The notes under the pieces were generated by a model. The model had not been told where the DNA came from, did not search any database, and saw nothing but the letters and a program-made list of their open reading frames with translations. DNA of 64,000 nucleotides from Acidimicrobiales bacterium (lineage in GTDB: Bacteria > Actinomycetota > Acidimicrobiia > Acidimicrobiales > QHCF01): assembly GCA_039583615.1 (NCBI GenBank), contig JAVKSQ010000007.1, forward strand, positions 10,960-74,959, in the 5' to 3' direction. Both the position numbers and the translations under genes were made by a program. This document shows positions 8,823 through 18,346 of the stretch, one piece after another (position 1 is the stretch's first letter; each line of letters starts with the position of its first letter).

Positions 8823-10943
8823 TCAGCCGCCCGCCGGCCGGGGCCCCCCGCCCCGCCCGTCGGCACTTCCCTCGATGAGCGCTCGGACCAGCTCCTCGTC
8901 GACGGCCTGGGTGAGAAGCCCCACGCGGTCGCCGGCCCGGAGCACGGTGTCGCCCCGGGGCGCGACCAGCTCCGCGCCGCGCTGGAGGGTCATGACGATG
9001 GTCCCGACCGGCAGGCCCGCATCGGCAAGGCGCCGGCCCGCCAGGCGGGACCCGGCACCGATCTCCAGGTCGACCACCGCGGTGTTGGGGGCGACGCGGG
9101 AGATCTGCGCCAGGTTGGACTGCAGCCCCGCTCGGTAGCCTCGCACGACCCCCGACACCGACAGGATGCCCACCACCTGGCGATCCTCGTCGAGCACCGG
9201 GATCCAGCTGGCGCCCGAGCTGAGGAGCGCCTCCAGGGCCGAGTCCAGATGGTCGCCCACCGTGGCGGTGGGGACGGTCGGATCGACCAGGCGGCCCACC
9301 TCGACCCCTTCGCGGTCGGCGATCTCGCCCAGCCGTTCCCGGCTGACCACTCCGGTAAGGGCTCCCCGCTCGTCGACCACCGGGGCACCGGGCAGGCGCT
9401 CGCGGGCCAGCTTGTCGGCCGCCTCGCCGGCGCCGTTGCGCCCGTCGAACACGACCCGGGGCGGGGCCATGTAATCGCTGACCGCCAGGGAAGCGAGCAG
9501 CGGCATGCTGGCCCGCAGCCGGTGGGCGGGGGAGTCCTCCCGGCTCCTCAGCTGGCTGCGGTAGATGGTGTCACCTGACCGCTGGACGATGAGGGTGGCC
9601 AGTCCGACCGCGATCATGGCCGGGGCCAACGCGGTCACGCTGCCGGTCATCTCCGCCACCATCAACATCAGCGCCAGCGGTGCCCGGGCTACGGCCCCAA
9701 AGCAGGCCATCATCCCCACGATCACGAACGGGGCAGGGTCATGCGGTACACCCGGCGCTATCGGGGCCAGGAGCCGCCAGACGGCTGCCCCGGTGAAGGC
9801 ACCGACGAAGATGCCCGGGCCGAAGATGCCCCCAGAGCCCCCCGAGCCAATGGACAGTGAGGTGGCCAGGATCTTGGCCAGCGGCAGGGCCAGGACCACC
9901 CATAAAGGTAGGGAGAGGAGCTGGTGGCCTAGGGCCTTTTGTATCCATCCGTAGCCGGTGCCCATCACCTCGGGGACGACGACGGCCATGGACCCGACCA
10001 TCAGGCCCCCGATGGCTGGCTTGAGCACCCGAGGCGCCCGCAGGCGCTCGAACAGCCCAGCCACTGCATAGAAGACCTTGGCGTAGCCCAGGCCGACGAA
10101 CCCGGCGAGGACGCCGATCAGCGCGTACCAGGCCAGCTGGATCGGATCGGTGAAGTGGTAGCCGGACGCGGCGAAGCCGAAGAGGGGTCGGAACCCCTGG
10201 AAGGCCGAGAAGGTGGTGTAGCCGACCACCGAGGCGATGATCGATGGGATGAGGGCCTCGACCTCGATGTCGTCGCGGTAGAGGATCTCGGCCGACAGCA
10301 GCGCTCCCCCCAGGGGCGCTCCGAAGATGGAGCCGATGCCCGAGCCGATGCCCACCGCCACCGCGATGCGCCCGTCGGTCGGTGAGAGGTCGAGGACCCG
10401 GGCCAGGAGAGAGCCGAAGCCGGCGCTGATCTGGGCGGTCGGCCCCTCCCGCCCGCCGGACCCGCCCGAGCCGATGGTCACGGCGGAGGCGATGAGCTTG
10501 ACCAGCACGGCCCGGGCCCGCACCCCTCGCGGGTTGTCGTGCACGGCGCCGATGGCCGCGTCGGTGCCGTGCCCCTCGGCCTCCGGCGCCAGGGCGAAGA
10601 CCAGGACCCCGGACGCCAGGCCGCCCAGGCCGACCACGAGGGGAATGAGCCATGGCCGCCCCAGGCGGGCCGAGCCGGCCAGGAACCCCTCCCCTGCCGG
10701 CGTGGGCACGTGGTAGCCAGCCACCTCGGCCAGGAGGAGGTGGTCGGCCAGGACCAGCGCCCGGTAGAAGGCCACCGCCCCCAGGCCGGCGATAAGACCC
10801 AGGGCCACCCCCAGCACCAGCCATTTGCGCAGGTAGGTGGTCGAGCGCAGGCGCCGGGCGACGCCGGCGCCCAGGGCCCGTAGCCGGGTCCGCCACCTGA
10901 GCGGCAGGGCCAGCGGGCGACCACCGGGCATCATTGGGGTCAC
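8823..10943 (-). CDS. ClC-family voltage-gated chloride channel with C-terminal CBS pair and TrkA-C (RCK_C) domain
   Basis: Has the GSGGREGP and GSGGIFGP selectivity-filter motifs and about 10 TM segments. The C-terminus has CBS-like repeats, then VVDLEIGAGSRLAGRRLADAGLPVGTIVMTLQRG (RCK_C-like). Confidence 0.85.
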   Translation of the reverse strand: MTPMMPGGRPLALPLRWRTRLRALGAGVARRLRSTTYLRKWLVLGVALGLIAGLGAVAFYRALVLADHLLLAEVAGYHVPTPAGEGFLAGSARLGRPWLIPLVVGLGGLASGVLVFALAPEAEGHGTDAAIGAVHDNPRGVRARAVLVKLIASAVTIGSGGSGGREGPTAQISAGFGSLLARVLDLSPTDGRIAVAVGIGSGIGSIFGAPLGGALLSAEILYRDDIEVEALIPSIIASVVGYTTFSAFQGFRPLFGFAASGYHFTDPIQLAWYALIGVLAGFVGLGYAKVFYAVAGLFERLRAPRVLKPAIGGLMVGSMAVVVPEVMGTGYGWIQKALGHQLLSLPLWVVLALPLAKILATSLSIGSGGSGGIFGPGIFVGAFTGAAVWRLLAPIAPGVPHDPAPFVIVGMMACFGAVARAPLALMLMVAEMTGSVTALAPAMIAVGLATLIVQRSGDTIYRSQLRSREDSPAHRLRASMPLLASLAVSDYMAPPRVVFDGRNGAGEAADKLARERLPGAPVVDERGALTGVVSRERLGEIADREGVEVGRLVDPTVPTATVGDHLDSALEALLSSGASWIPVLDEDRQVVGILSVSGVVRGYRAGLQSNLAQISRVAPNTAVVDLEIGAGSRLAGRRLADAGLPVGTIVMTLQRGAELVAPRGDTVLRAGDRVGLLTQAVDEELVRALIEGSADGRGGGPRPAGG

Positions 10944-10958
10944 CGCCGGGCGCCCGGG

Positions 10959-11741
10959 TCAGGTCACGTCGCGCCGCAGGACCAGGCGGGTGCCGGCCCC
11001 GGCAAAGGCCAGCGCGTAGGCGACCAGGAGCAGCCCGCCGCCCCAGGCCGGCAGGAAGTGGGCGGTGGGCGCCAGGTTGCGGTGGAGGGAGGCGGCGGCC
11101 CCGCCCGGGGTCCACCTGCCGGCCGCCGGCACCAGCCCGATGAGCAGGCCGTCGAGGACCAGGAGCCAGGCCAGCGAGATGACGACGGCCGCCACCTGGT
11201 TGCGTACCAGGGCTCCCACCCCCACCCCGAGCAGGGCGTAGAGGGTGGTGCCGACCAGGACCGTGGCCAGGACGACGCCGGTGTCGCCGGTGACCACGGC
11301 GGTATGCAGGTGCCTGGTGCCCAGCCAGGGGAGGGCCATGGCCAGGTTGACGATGCAGTCCAGGACGGAGACGGCCAGTCCCACCACACCCAGGGCGGCC
11401 AGCTTGGCCGCCACCAGCCGGCCCCGCTGCGGGGTGGTGAGGAACGACTGGGTGATCGTGGCGTGGCGGTACTCGCTGGTCAGGGCCAGGACCCCCAGCA
11501 GGAGCACGAACAGGTCCCCCGCCCCCGCCGAGGCGATGACGTTGCGGACCCCGGCCGGGCTGTCCAGGACCCGCGCCAGAGCCTGGGCCCCCCCGCCCCC
11601 CGGGCCACCACCTTCCCGGCCGTTGGCCAGGATGGTCCCCGCCGTGGACACCGCGGTGAGGGCCACCGCCCCGGCCGCCAGCCACCAGGCGGCCGCGGTG
11701 GACAACAGCTTGCGCCACTCGGCCCTCACCAGCCCGGTCAT
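10959..11741 (-). CDS. ABC-2 type transporter permease
   Basis: 260 aa with 6 predicted hydrophobic segments. Its start overlaps the stop of the upstream ABC ATPase (ATGA). Confidence 0.7.
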   Translation of the reverse strand: MTGLVRAEWRKLLSTAAAWWLAAGAVALTAVSTAGTILANGREGGGPGGGGAQALARVLDSPAGVRNVIASAGAGDLFVLLLGVLALTSEYRHATITQSFLTTPQRGRLVAAKLAALGVVGLAVSVLDCIVNLAMALPWLGTRHLHTAVVTGDTGVVLATVLVGTTLYALLGVGVGALVRNQVAAVVISLAWLLVLDGLLIGLVPAAGRWTPGGAAASLHRNLAPTAHFLPAWGGGLLLVAYALAFAGAGTRLVLRRDVT

Positions 11742-12682
11742 GACCGGGGCTCGCCGCCGCCGCCGCCACCGGGACCAGGTGCGACAGCCTCGCCGGTGAG
11801 CTGGAGGAAGACCTCCTCCAGGTTGGAGCGCTCTGCCCCCATCTCGTAGATCACCACCTGGGCGGCAAAGGCCAGCGGGCCGACCTGCTCAAGGCTGGCG
11901 CCGGTGGCCACCACCACGTCGGGGCCGGCCAGCTCGGCGTGGATGCCCCCGCCCGCCAGGGCGTCTCGCAGGGCCTCGGCCTGGGGGGTCCGTACCCGCA
12001 CCTTGAGGCCAGCCCGATCGGTTAGGGCGCTCAGGGAGGTCTGGGCGACCAGGCGCCCCTGGACGATGATGACCACTTCGTCGGCCACCTGGGCCACCTC
12101 GGCCAGGACATGGCTGGAGATCAGCACGGAGCCACCCTGGTCGGCGAAGGTTCGCAGCAGGGCCCGGAGCCAGCGCATGCCCTCGGGGTCGAGCCCGTTG
12201 GCCGGCTCGTCCAGCATCAATAGGCGGGGCTGGCCGAGCAGGGCGGTGGCCAGCGCCAGGCGCTGGCGCATCCCCATCGAGAACCCCCTCACCTTCCGGC
12301 CGGCCGCGTCGGCCAGCCCCACCAGCTCCAGCACCTCCCCGACCCGCGGCGCCGCCAGGCCCGCCGCCTCGACCACCACACCGAGGTGCTCGGCCGCCGA
12401 GCGCCCAGGGTGGAAGCCCGACGCCTCCAGCACGGCGCCCACCTGGCGCAGGGGGGACGCCAGGTGGTGATAGGGCCGGCCGTCGATGGCGGTGGACCCC
12501 GACGTCGGCGTGACCAGGCCCAGCATCATGCGCATGGTGGTGGTCTTGCCGGCGCCGTTGGGACCGAGGAAGCCGGTGACCCTACCCTCGCCCACCTCGA
12601 AGGAGAGGTCGTCCACCGCCAGGACCCGCCCGAAACGCGTCCCGAAGTACTTGGTGGCGTGCTCCACCACTGCGGTGGTCAT
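11738..12682 (-). CDS. ABC transporter ATP-binding protein
   Basis: Uses internal ATG at 12682 (MTTAVVEHATKYFG..). Walker A GPNGAGKTT, signature FSMGMRQRL, Walker B LLMLDEPANGLD. The upstream part of the 455-aa track ORF is a Gly/Arg/Pro-rich read-through overlapping the DedA gene. Confidence 0.85.
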   Translation of the reverse strand: MTTAVVEHATKYFGTRFGRVLAVDDLSFEVGEGRVTGFLGPNGAGKTTTMRMMLGLVTPTSGSTAIDGRPYHHLASPLRQVGAVLEASGFHPGRSAAEHLGVVVEAAGLAAPRVGEVLELVGLADAAGRKVRGFSMGMRQRLALATALLGQPRLLMLDEPANGLDPEGMRWLRALLRTFADQGGSVLISSHVLAEVAQVADEVVIIVQGRLVAQTSLSALTDRAGLKVRVRTPQAEALRDALAGGGIHAELAGPDVVVATGASLEQVGPLAFAAQVVIYEMGAERSNLEEVFLQLTGEAVAPGPGGGGGGEPRS

Positions 12683-13296
12683 GGCCGCCTGCCGCTGCCC
12701 ACCGGTGCCGGGCCGGGCAGCCGGCGCCGGCGCAGCCGAACCCAGAGGAACGCCAGTCCGGCCAGGACGGCCACCGCCGCGATCACGTAGCTGGCCCCGC
12801 TGAACCAGCCGACCACCACGTGCCAGCTGCCGCGCAGCTCGTAGCCGGCCACGCCCAGGGCGGCCGTCCATGGCAGGCAGCCGGCCAGGGTGTACAGGCC
12901 GAAGCGCAGGGGCGCCATGCCGGCCATGCCGGCGGGCAGCGAGATGAAGGTGCGGACGACCGGCAGGAGCCGGCCGAGGAAGACCGCCGCCTCCCCCCGC
13001 CTCTCGAACCAGGCCTCGGCTCGGGCCAGGTCCTCGTCCTTCACCAGGACCAGGCGACCGAAGCGGTGCCAGGCCGCCCTGCCCCCGGTACGCCCCAGGG
13101 CCCACGCCAGGTAGCTGCCGACCACGTTTCCCAGCGTGCCCAGGGCGATGACCAGGGCCAGCTCCAGGCGGCCGGTGGCGGCCAGGTAGCCGCCGAAGAG
13201 CATGGTCACCTCGGACGGGATCGGGATGCAGGCTGACTCGGCCACCATGAGCACGAGCACGGCGGCATAACCGAACGACGAGATCAGGTGCTCCAT
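12679..13296 (-). CDS. DedA/SNARE-associated family membrane protein
   Basis: MEHLISSFGYAAVLVLMVAESACIPIPSEVTMLFGGYLAATG is a typical DedA N-terminus. Its stop overlaps the ABC ATPase start (ATGA). Confidence 0.85.
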   Translation of the reverse strand: MEHLISSFGYAAVLVLMVAESACIPIPSEVTMLFGGYLAATGRLELALVIALGTLGNVVGSYLAWALGRTGGRAAWHRFGRLVLVKDEDLARAEAWFERRGEAAVFLGRLLPVVRTFISLPAGMAGMAPLRFGLYTLAGCLPWTAALGVAGYELRGSWHVVVGWFSGASYVIAAVAVLAGLAFLWVRLRRRRLPGPAPVGSGRRP

Positions 13297-13309
13297 CGGC
13301 GTCCAGATC

Positions 13310-15226
13310 CTACCTCCCTACCGGCGGCTGCTCCGGGGAAGCAGGGTCCCGACTGGTCCCGGGCTCCCCGGAGGGCCCGCACGGGGCCCGGCGGGCCAGG
13401 ACCTCGGCCACCGCTGACACCGACGGGTCGGCCAGCACCGCCTCCAGGGGCGCCGGCAGGGCCAGCGACCAGTTGGGCCGGTCGGTCGTGCCCGGCAGGT
13501 TGGGCCGCTCCACCACTCCCAGGGCATCTTCGAGGGTGCCGGCCAGGACAGCCGACGGGGCGCCGGCCAGGAGCCGGTAGGTGGCCAGGGCGACCTCCCG
13601 GGGGTGGGCCTCCTCCCCCACGCCGATCCACCGGCGCAGGCGGGAGCGCAGGGCTGACTGGGCTCCGGCGTCGGGCTCCAGGCCCAGGTGTACCTGGGCC
13701 TCCAGGTCGGCACCGGTCCAGACCCCTGCCACGGTGGGCAGGTCGTGGGTGGTCACCGACCCCAGCGCCCGGGGGGGGAAGGCGCCCGGGCCGCCCTCCT
13801 CGAACCACAGCACCGCCGTCGACAGCATGTGGCGGCGCCCCATCTCGTCCCTCACGAAGTCCTCCACCGTGCCCAGGTCCTCGCCCACCACCACCGCCTC
13901 GGCCCGCACCGACTCGAGGGCCACGATGTCGAGCAGGTCGCGCCACGGGTAGCGCACGTAGGCGCCGTCGGTCGCCCCTGCTCCCTCCGGAATCCACCAC
14001 AGCCTGAACAGCCCCATCACATGGTCCACCCTCAGCCCCCCGGCGTGGCGCAGCCCGGCCCTCACCGTGCGCACGAAGGGCTCGTAGGCCGCCGCCCGCA
14101 GCCGCCAGGGGTCGAAGGGCGCCACCCCCCAGTCCTGGCCGCGGCGGTTGAACTTGTCGGGCGGGGCGCCCACCCGGGTCCCCAGGGCGAAGCAGTCCTG
14201 CCACATCCAGGCATCGGCGCCGTCGCTGACCACTCCGATGGCCATGTCCGAGACCAGTCCCAGCGGCTCTCCGGCTGCCCCCAGCTGGCAGTCGAGCAGC
14301 CACTGCAGCCACTGGTGGAAGCCCACCCGCCGGGCGTGGTCGGCGGCGAAGGCGGCCACAGCCGAGCTCTGCGGATGGCGCAGCTCCTCCGGCCAGGCGG
14401 TCCATGGCCCCGGGTGGACCTCGGCCAGGGCGCAGAAGGTGGCGTAAGCGGGCAGCACCGGCCCCTGGAGGGCACGCCACCTTTCGAAATTCGGCTCCTG
14501 CCCCAACCGGTCCCACGCCCACTCCAGGGCGGCCGCCTTCAACCGCCAGACCTGGTCCCGGTCGACTCGCCGGTCGGCGCCGAGGGCCCGGCCAGCGGCG
14601 GCCAGCGCCTCCACCTCGGGGGTGCCGGCCAGTCCGGGCACCTCCTCCACCCGCAGGTGCAACGGGTTGCGCCAGCAACGGCTGCTGGGGGAGTAGGGGC
14701 TGGGCTGCTGGGGCCAGCCCGGCAGGGGGGCGTGCAGCGGGCTCACCACCATCAGGCCGGCGCCGCGGGCGGCTGCCCACCGGGCCAGGCTGCGGAGGTC
14801 GGCCAGGTCGCCGATGCCCCAGCTCTGGGCGGAGCGGATGGCATACAGCTGCACCGCCCAGGCCCAGGTACGCAGGTCCTCGGGCAGGTGGCAGCGGCCG
14901 GGGCTCACGATCAGGCGCTGCCGGCGCCCGTCGGCCAGCCGGGTGAGGTGATGGTAGCCGAGGGGCAGGGGGTCCAGGCGGCCTTCGACCACCGCCGCCT
15001 GCCCATCCTCCAGGCGCAGCTCCCAGCGCCCGTCCAAGAAGATCTCCTCCCCCGCCCTTGTCACCCGGACGGCGTCGCCATCCCCGGGCGTCCCGGCGCT
15101 GATCGAGTCGAGGAGGGCGCCCAGGGTGGCCGACGGGACCTGTCGCCACTGGCCGGTGCTGTCGCGGTAGGAGGGGTCGATGCCCCATGCCCGGGCCCTG
15201 GACTCCAGCTGGCGGCGCTCGACCAT
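13310..15226 (-). CDS. malQ: 4-alpha-glucanotransferase (amylomaltase, GH77)
   Basis: Start taken at ATG 15226 (MVERRQLESRARAWGIDPSY). Has the GH77 motifs SWGIGDLADL, DHVMGLFRLWWIP, VGEDLGTV and TTHDLPT. Confidence 0.85.
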   Translation of the reverse strand: MVERRQLESRARAWGIDPSYRDSTGQWRQVPSATLGALLDSISAGTPGDGDAVRVTRAGEEIFLDGRWELRLEDGQAAVVEGRLDPLPLGYHHLTRLADGRRQRLIVSPGRCHLPEDLRTWAWAVQLYAIRSAQSWGIGDLADLRSLARWAAARGAGLMVVSPLHAPLPGWPQQPSPYSPSSRCWRNPLHLRVEEVPGLAGTPEVEALAAAGRALGADRRVDRDQVWRLKAAALEWAWDRLGQEPNFERWRALQGPVLPAYATFCALAEVHPGPWTAWPEELRHPQSSAVAAFAADHARRVGFHQWLQWLLDCQLGAAGEPLGLVSDMAIGVVSDGADAWMWQDCFALGTRVGAPPDKFNRRGQDWGVAPFDPWRLRAAAYEPFVRTVRAGLRHAGGLRVDHVMGLFRLWWIPEGAGATDGAYVRYPWRDLLDIVALESVRAEAVVVGEDLGTVEDFVRDEMGRRHMLSTAVLWFEEGGPGAFPPRALGSVTTHDLPTVAGVWTGADLEAQVHLGLEPDAGAQSALRSRLRRWIGVGEEAHPREVALATYRLLAGAPSAVLAGTLEDALGVVERPNLPGTTDRPNWSLALPAPLEAVLADPSVSAVAEVLARRAPCGPSGEPGTSRDPASPEQPPVGR

Positions 15227-15280
15227 GCAGTATTGGTAGCCGATGGCGCCGCTACTGTCGCCCCCAGTGGGACCAGTCGC

Positions 15281-16195
15281 ATGCCGCGGGTGACCACCAG
15301 CGACGGCGTGGAGATCGCCGTGCACGACCTCGGCGGCACCGAGCTGGGCGGCGCTGGTCTACTGAGCACGGCCCCGGACCGTCCCCCGCTGGTGATGGTC
15401 CATGCCACCGGGCTGTGCGGCCAGGTCTTCGAGCCGCTGGCCGAGGCCCTGGCCGGGCGGTTCCGGTGCCTGGCCATCGACCAGCGCGGCCATGGCCGCT
15501 CGGGCCGCGACCCCGGGGGCCAGTACTGGTGGCCCGGCTTGGCGCTCGACGTGCTGGCGGCCGTGGACGGCATGGGCCTCCAGCGCCCGGTGGCCATGGG
15601 TCACTCCTGCGGCGCCACTGCCCTGGTGCTGGCCGAGCAGCAGCGACCGGGAGCCTTTGGCGCCCTGTGGTGCTACGAGCCGGTCATCTTCCGCCCCGGC
15701 GATCCGGACCTGATCCCCCAGGCCCGGGCCCTGGCCACCGCGGCCAGGAGACGCCGGGAGGTGTTCGCCTCCCGCCGGGAGGCCCTGGAGACCTACGCGG
15801 CCAAGGCCCCGCTGTCGTTCTTGGCCCCTGAAGCCCTGGCTGCCTACGTCGAGGGAGGCCTGGAGGACCTGCCGGACGGCCGGGTGCGGCTCCGGTGCCG
15901 GCCGGAGGACGAGGCGGTCATCTACGAGCGGGCCGGCTCGGGCTCGCAGCCGGCGTGGGACCGCCTGGCCCAGGTGGCCTGCCCGGTGACGGTGGCCTGC
16001 GGGGAGCTGTCCGGCGCCTTTGGCCCGGCGCACTGTCAAGCGCTGGCCGGCCTCCTCCCCCACGGCCGGAGCGAGGTGCTGGCCGGGCTGGGTCACTTCG
16101 GGCCGCTCCAGGACCCGGTAACGGTGGCCCGGGCGGTGGGGTCGGATCTCGGGCGGGCTGTGGGCGGCGAGGGAGACGACGCGCTCCTGCGCTGA
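15281..16195 (+). CDS. Alpha/beta-fold hydrolase
   Basis: Uses internal ATG 15281 (MPRVTTSDGVEIAVHDLGG). Nucleophile elbow AMGHSCGA and a C-terminal GLGHFGP histidine region. The 5' 1.6 kb of the 835-aa track ORF is antisense to malQ and was rejected. Confidence 0.75.
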   Translation: MPRVTTSDGVEIAVHDLGGTELGGAGLLSTAPDRPPLVMVHATGLCGQVFEPLAEALAGRFRCLAIDQRGHGRSGRDPGGQYWWPGLALDVLAAVDGMGLQRPVAMGHSCGATALVLAEQQRPGAFGALWCYEPVIFRPGDPDLIPQARALATAARRRREVFASRREALETYAAKAPLSFLAPEALAAYVEGGLEDLPDGRVRLRCRPEDEAVIYERAGSGSQPAWDRLAQVACPVTVACGELSGAFGPAHCQALAGLLPHGRSEVLAGLGHFGPLQDPVTVARAVGSDLGRAVGGEGDDALLR

Positions 16196-16237
16196 GGTCC
16201 CACCGGTTGTCACAAGCCAGATCTAGCCTGTCACCTG

Positions 16238-17068
16238 GTGACCCTGCGCCTGCCCTCCACCCTCACTCCGTCCAAGGTGTCGTCGTTCAAGGCCTGCGCC
16301 CTGGCCTTCCGGTTCTCGACCATCGACCGCCTGCCCGAGGCGCCGTCGGTCGGGACGGTAAAGGGCACGCTGGTGCACCGGGCGCTGGAGCGCTTCTTCT
16401 GGTCGGTGCCCCCCGAGGGGCGAGACCTGGCCACCGCCTTGGAGCACCTGCAAGCAGCCTGGGCAGTGGCCCGCCAGGGTGAGGAGGTGGCCGAGCTGGG
16501 CCTGTCGACTGACCAGGACCAGGCGTTCGTGGCCGATGCCGAGTCACTGGTGAGGGGATATTTCGAGCTGGAGGACCCCCGGCAGGTCAATGCGGTGGGC
16601 ATCGAGCTGCTCCTGGAGGCCCACCTCGGCACCCTCCACCTGCGGGGGATCATCGACCGCTTGGACCTGGACGGGGATGGCGAGCTGGTGGTCACCGACT
16701 ACAAGACCGGGCGGGTGCCCGGGGTGGCCCACGAGCAGGGGAGCCTGGGCGGGGTCCACTTCTACGCCTTCTTGTGCGAGGAGGCCCTGGGGCGCCGGCC
16801 GGTCCGGGTCCAGCTGCTCTACCTGCGAGACCGGGTGGCCATCGTGGCCAAGCCCAGCGAGCAGTCGCTGCGGGGACTGCGACAGCGGGCGGCGGCGGTG
16901 TGGGCGGCGGTGCAGCGGGCCTGTGCGCTGGAGGACTTCCGCCCCCGCCCGTCGGGGTTGTGCGCCCACTGCTCCTGGCAGGCCTGGTGCCCAGCCTTCG
17001 GGGGCGACCCGGCCCTGGCGGGGGGGTCCGGGTCGGACGTGGGTCTGGCGGGCGTGCCGGCCGGGTGA
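16238..17068 (+). CDS. PD-(D/E)XK nuclease (RecB-family/Cas4-like exonuclease with Cys cluster)
   Basis: N-terminal SPSKVSSFKACALAFRF, catalytic GIIDRLD...VVTDYKTG, and C-terminal CAHCSWQAWC (four-Cys pattern together with the N-terminal Cys). Confidence 0.7.
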   Translation: MTLRLPSTLTPSKVSSFKACALAFRFSTIDRLPEAPSVGTVKGTLVHRALERFFWSVPPEGRDLATALEHLQAAWAVARQGEEVAELGLSTDQDQAFVADAESLVRGYFELEDPRQVNAVGIELLLEAHLGTLHLRGIIDRLDLDGDGELVVTDYKTGRVPGVAHEQGSLGGVHFYAFLCEEALGRRPVRVQLLYLRDRVAIVAKPSEQSLRGLRQRAAAVWAAVQRACALEDFRPRPSGLCAHCSWQAWCPAFGGDPALAGGSGSDVGLAGVPAG

Positions 17069-17727
17069 CGGCCTGGTTGCCTGCCCGCCCTGGTCCCCGG
17101 GAGCAGCGGGCGGCTCCTCCCCGGACCGGGCGGGTGGCGGCCTTCGACGCCGGCGTGGACGCTGCCTTCGACCGCCTTCGGGGGCGTCGGATGCCCGACC
17201 TGGTCTTCTATGCCGCCTCGGCTCTGGGTGACCACAGCCTGGCCTGGCTGATCCTGGGTGTGGTGCGGGCCCTTCGCTCGGGGGGGGACTGGCAGGTGGC
17301 CCGGCGGGTGTTCGGGGTCATGGGCCTGGAGTCGGCCCTGGTCAACGTCGTGGTGAAGTCGTTCTTCGGCCGCCGCCGGCCGGTCTGGGCCGGTATCCAT
17401 CCCCACCCCCTCCGCCAGCCCCTCTCCAGCAGCTTCCCGAGTGGCCATGCCACCTCGGCCTTCTGCGGGGCCGGCCTGCTGGCCAAGGACAGCCGGGCCT
17501 GGCCCCTCTACTACGTCATGGCGGTGGTTATCGCCGCCAGCCGGGTGCACGTGCGCATCCACCATGCCTCCGACGTGGTCGGCGGCATCCTCATCGGCCT
17601 CGTCCTCGGCCGCCTGGCCCGCCGGCTGGTGCCTCTCCATGCTGGCCGGCAGGCCCCGCCCCAGGCTGACCGCCAGCCTGGGGCGGCCGGAATCCCTGAT
17701 GCCGGGTTGGCGTTCACCAGGACATGA
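17065..17727 (+). CDS. PAP2-family phosphatase (phosphatidic acid phosphatase type 2)
   Basis: Has the PAP2 motifs SFPSGHATSAF and SRVHVRIHHASDVVGG. Start proposed at GTG 17065, overlapping the upstream stop (GTGA); ATG 17191 is an alternative. Confidence 0.75.
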   Translation: MTAWLPARPGPREQRAAPPRTGRVAAFDAGVDAAFDRLRGRRMPDLVFYAASALGDHSLAWLILGVVRALRSGGDWQVARRVFGVMGLESALVNVVVKSFFGRRRPVWAGIHPHPLRQPLSSSFPSGHATSAFCGAGLLAKDSRAWPLYYVMAVVIAASRVHVRIHHASDVVGGILIGLVLGRLARRLVPLHAGRQAPPQADRQPGAAGIPDAGLAFTRT

Positions 17728-18329
17728 CCATCACTTCTTTTGCCGTCAGCTGGGACTACCGCTGCCCGTACGCCCGCAACGCCCACGAGCACGTCATCAC
17801 CGCCCAACGGGGCGGGAGCGACTGGGATGTGGAGTTCCTGCCCTTCTCCCTCAGCCAGGTGCACGTGGAGGAGGGCCAGCCCGATGCCTGGGACGACCCC
17901 GACCAGGCGCCCGACCTGCTGGCCCTCCAGGTAGGCGTGGTGGTCCGGGACAGGTGGCCAGACGCCTTTCCGGTGGTCCACCTGGCCCTGTTCGCCGCCC
18001 GCCACGACCAGGACCGCGACATTCGGGAGGAGGCCGAGCTGCGCCAGGTGCTGGATGACCACGGCGTCGACGCTGAGGCGGTCTTCGCCCAGGTGGCCGA
18101 GGGCTGGCCCCTGGACACCCTCCGCAAGGCCCACGAGGCGGCGGTCAGCGAGCGTGAGGCCTTTGGCGTGCCCACCTTCATGGTCGGCGACCAGGCAGCC
18201 TTCGTGCGCATCATGACCAGGCCGAAGGGCGACGCCGAGCTGGCCAGGGCGACCGTCGAGCGGGTCCTCGACCTGGTGGGCGGCCATCCCGAGCTCAACG
18301 AGGTAAAGCACACCACTCGCCGCCGCTGA
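17724..18329 (+). CDS. DsbA-like thioredoxin-fold protein
   Basis: The SWDYRCPYARNAHEHV active-site region and the overall size fit the DSBA-like family. The start overlaps the PAP2 stop (ATGA). Confidence 0.65.
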   Translation: MTITSFAVSWDYRCPYARNAHEHVITAQRGGSDWDVEFLPFSLSQVHVEEGQPDAWDDPDQAPDLLALQVGVVVRDRWPDAFPVVHLALFAARHDQDRDIREEAELRQVLDDHGVDAEAVFAQVAEGWPLDTLRKAHEAAVSEREAFGVPTFMVGDQAAFVRIMTRPKGDAELARATVERVLDLVGGHPELNEVKHTTRRR

Positions 18330-18346
18330 CGCGGTAGAACGGGGCG

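Noticed and set aside
10944-10958. Fluoride riboswitch in front of the ClC gene
   Set aside because: The gap upstream of the ClC start is 15 nt. The protein carries CBS/RCK domains typical of canonical ClC rather than CLC-F.
13688-15280. 5' extensions of track ORFs that run through neighbouring genes: the 835-aa form of the hydrolase, the 455-aa ABC ATPase, the 562-aa patatin, the 904-aa GMC, the 604-aa GpsA, the 369-aa CofC, the 354-aa ImuA' and the 419-aa PHP protein.
   Set aside because: In each case the recognisable domain begins at an internal ATG/GTG that abuts or 4-nt-overlaps the upstream gene. The extension is low-complexity and overlaps a better-supported CDS.
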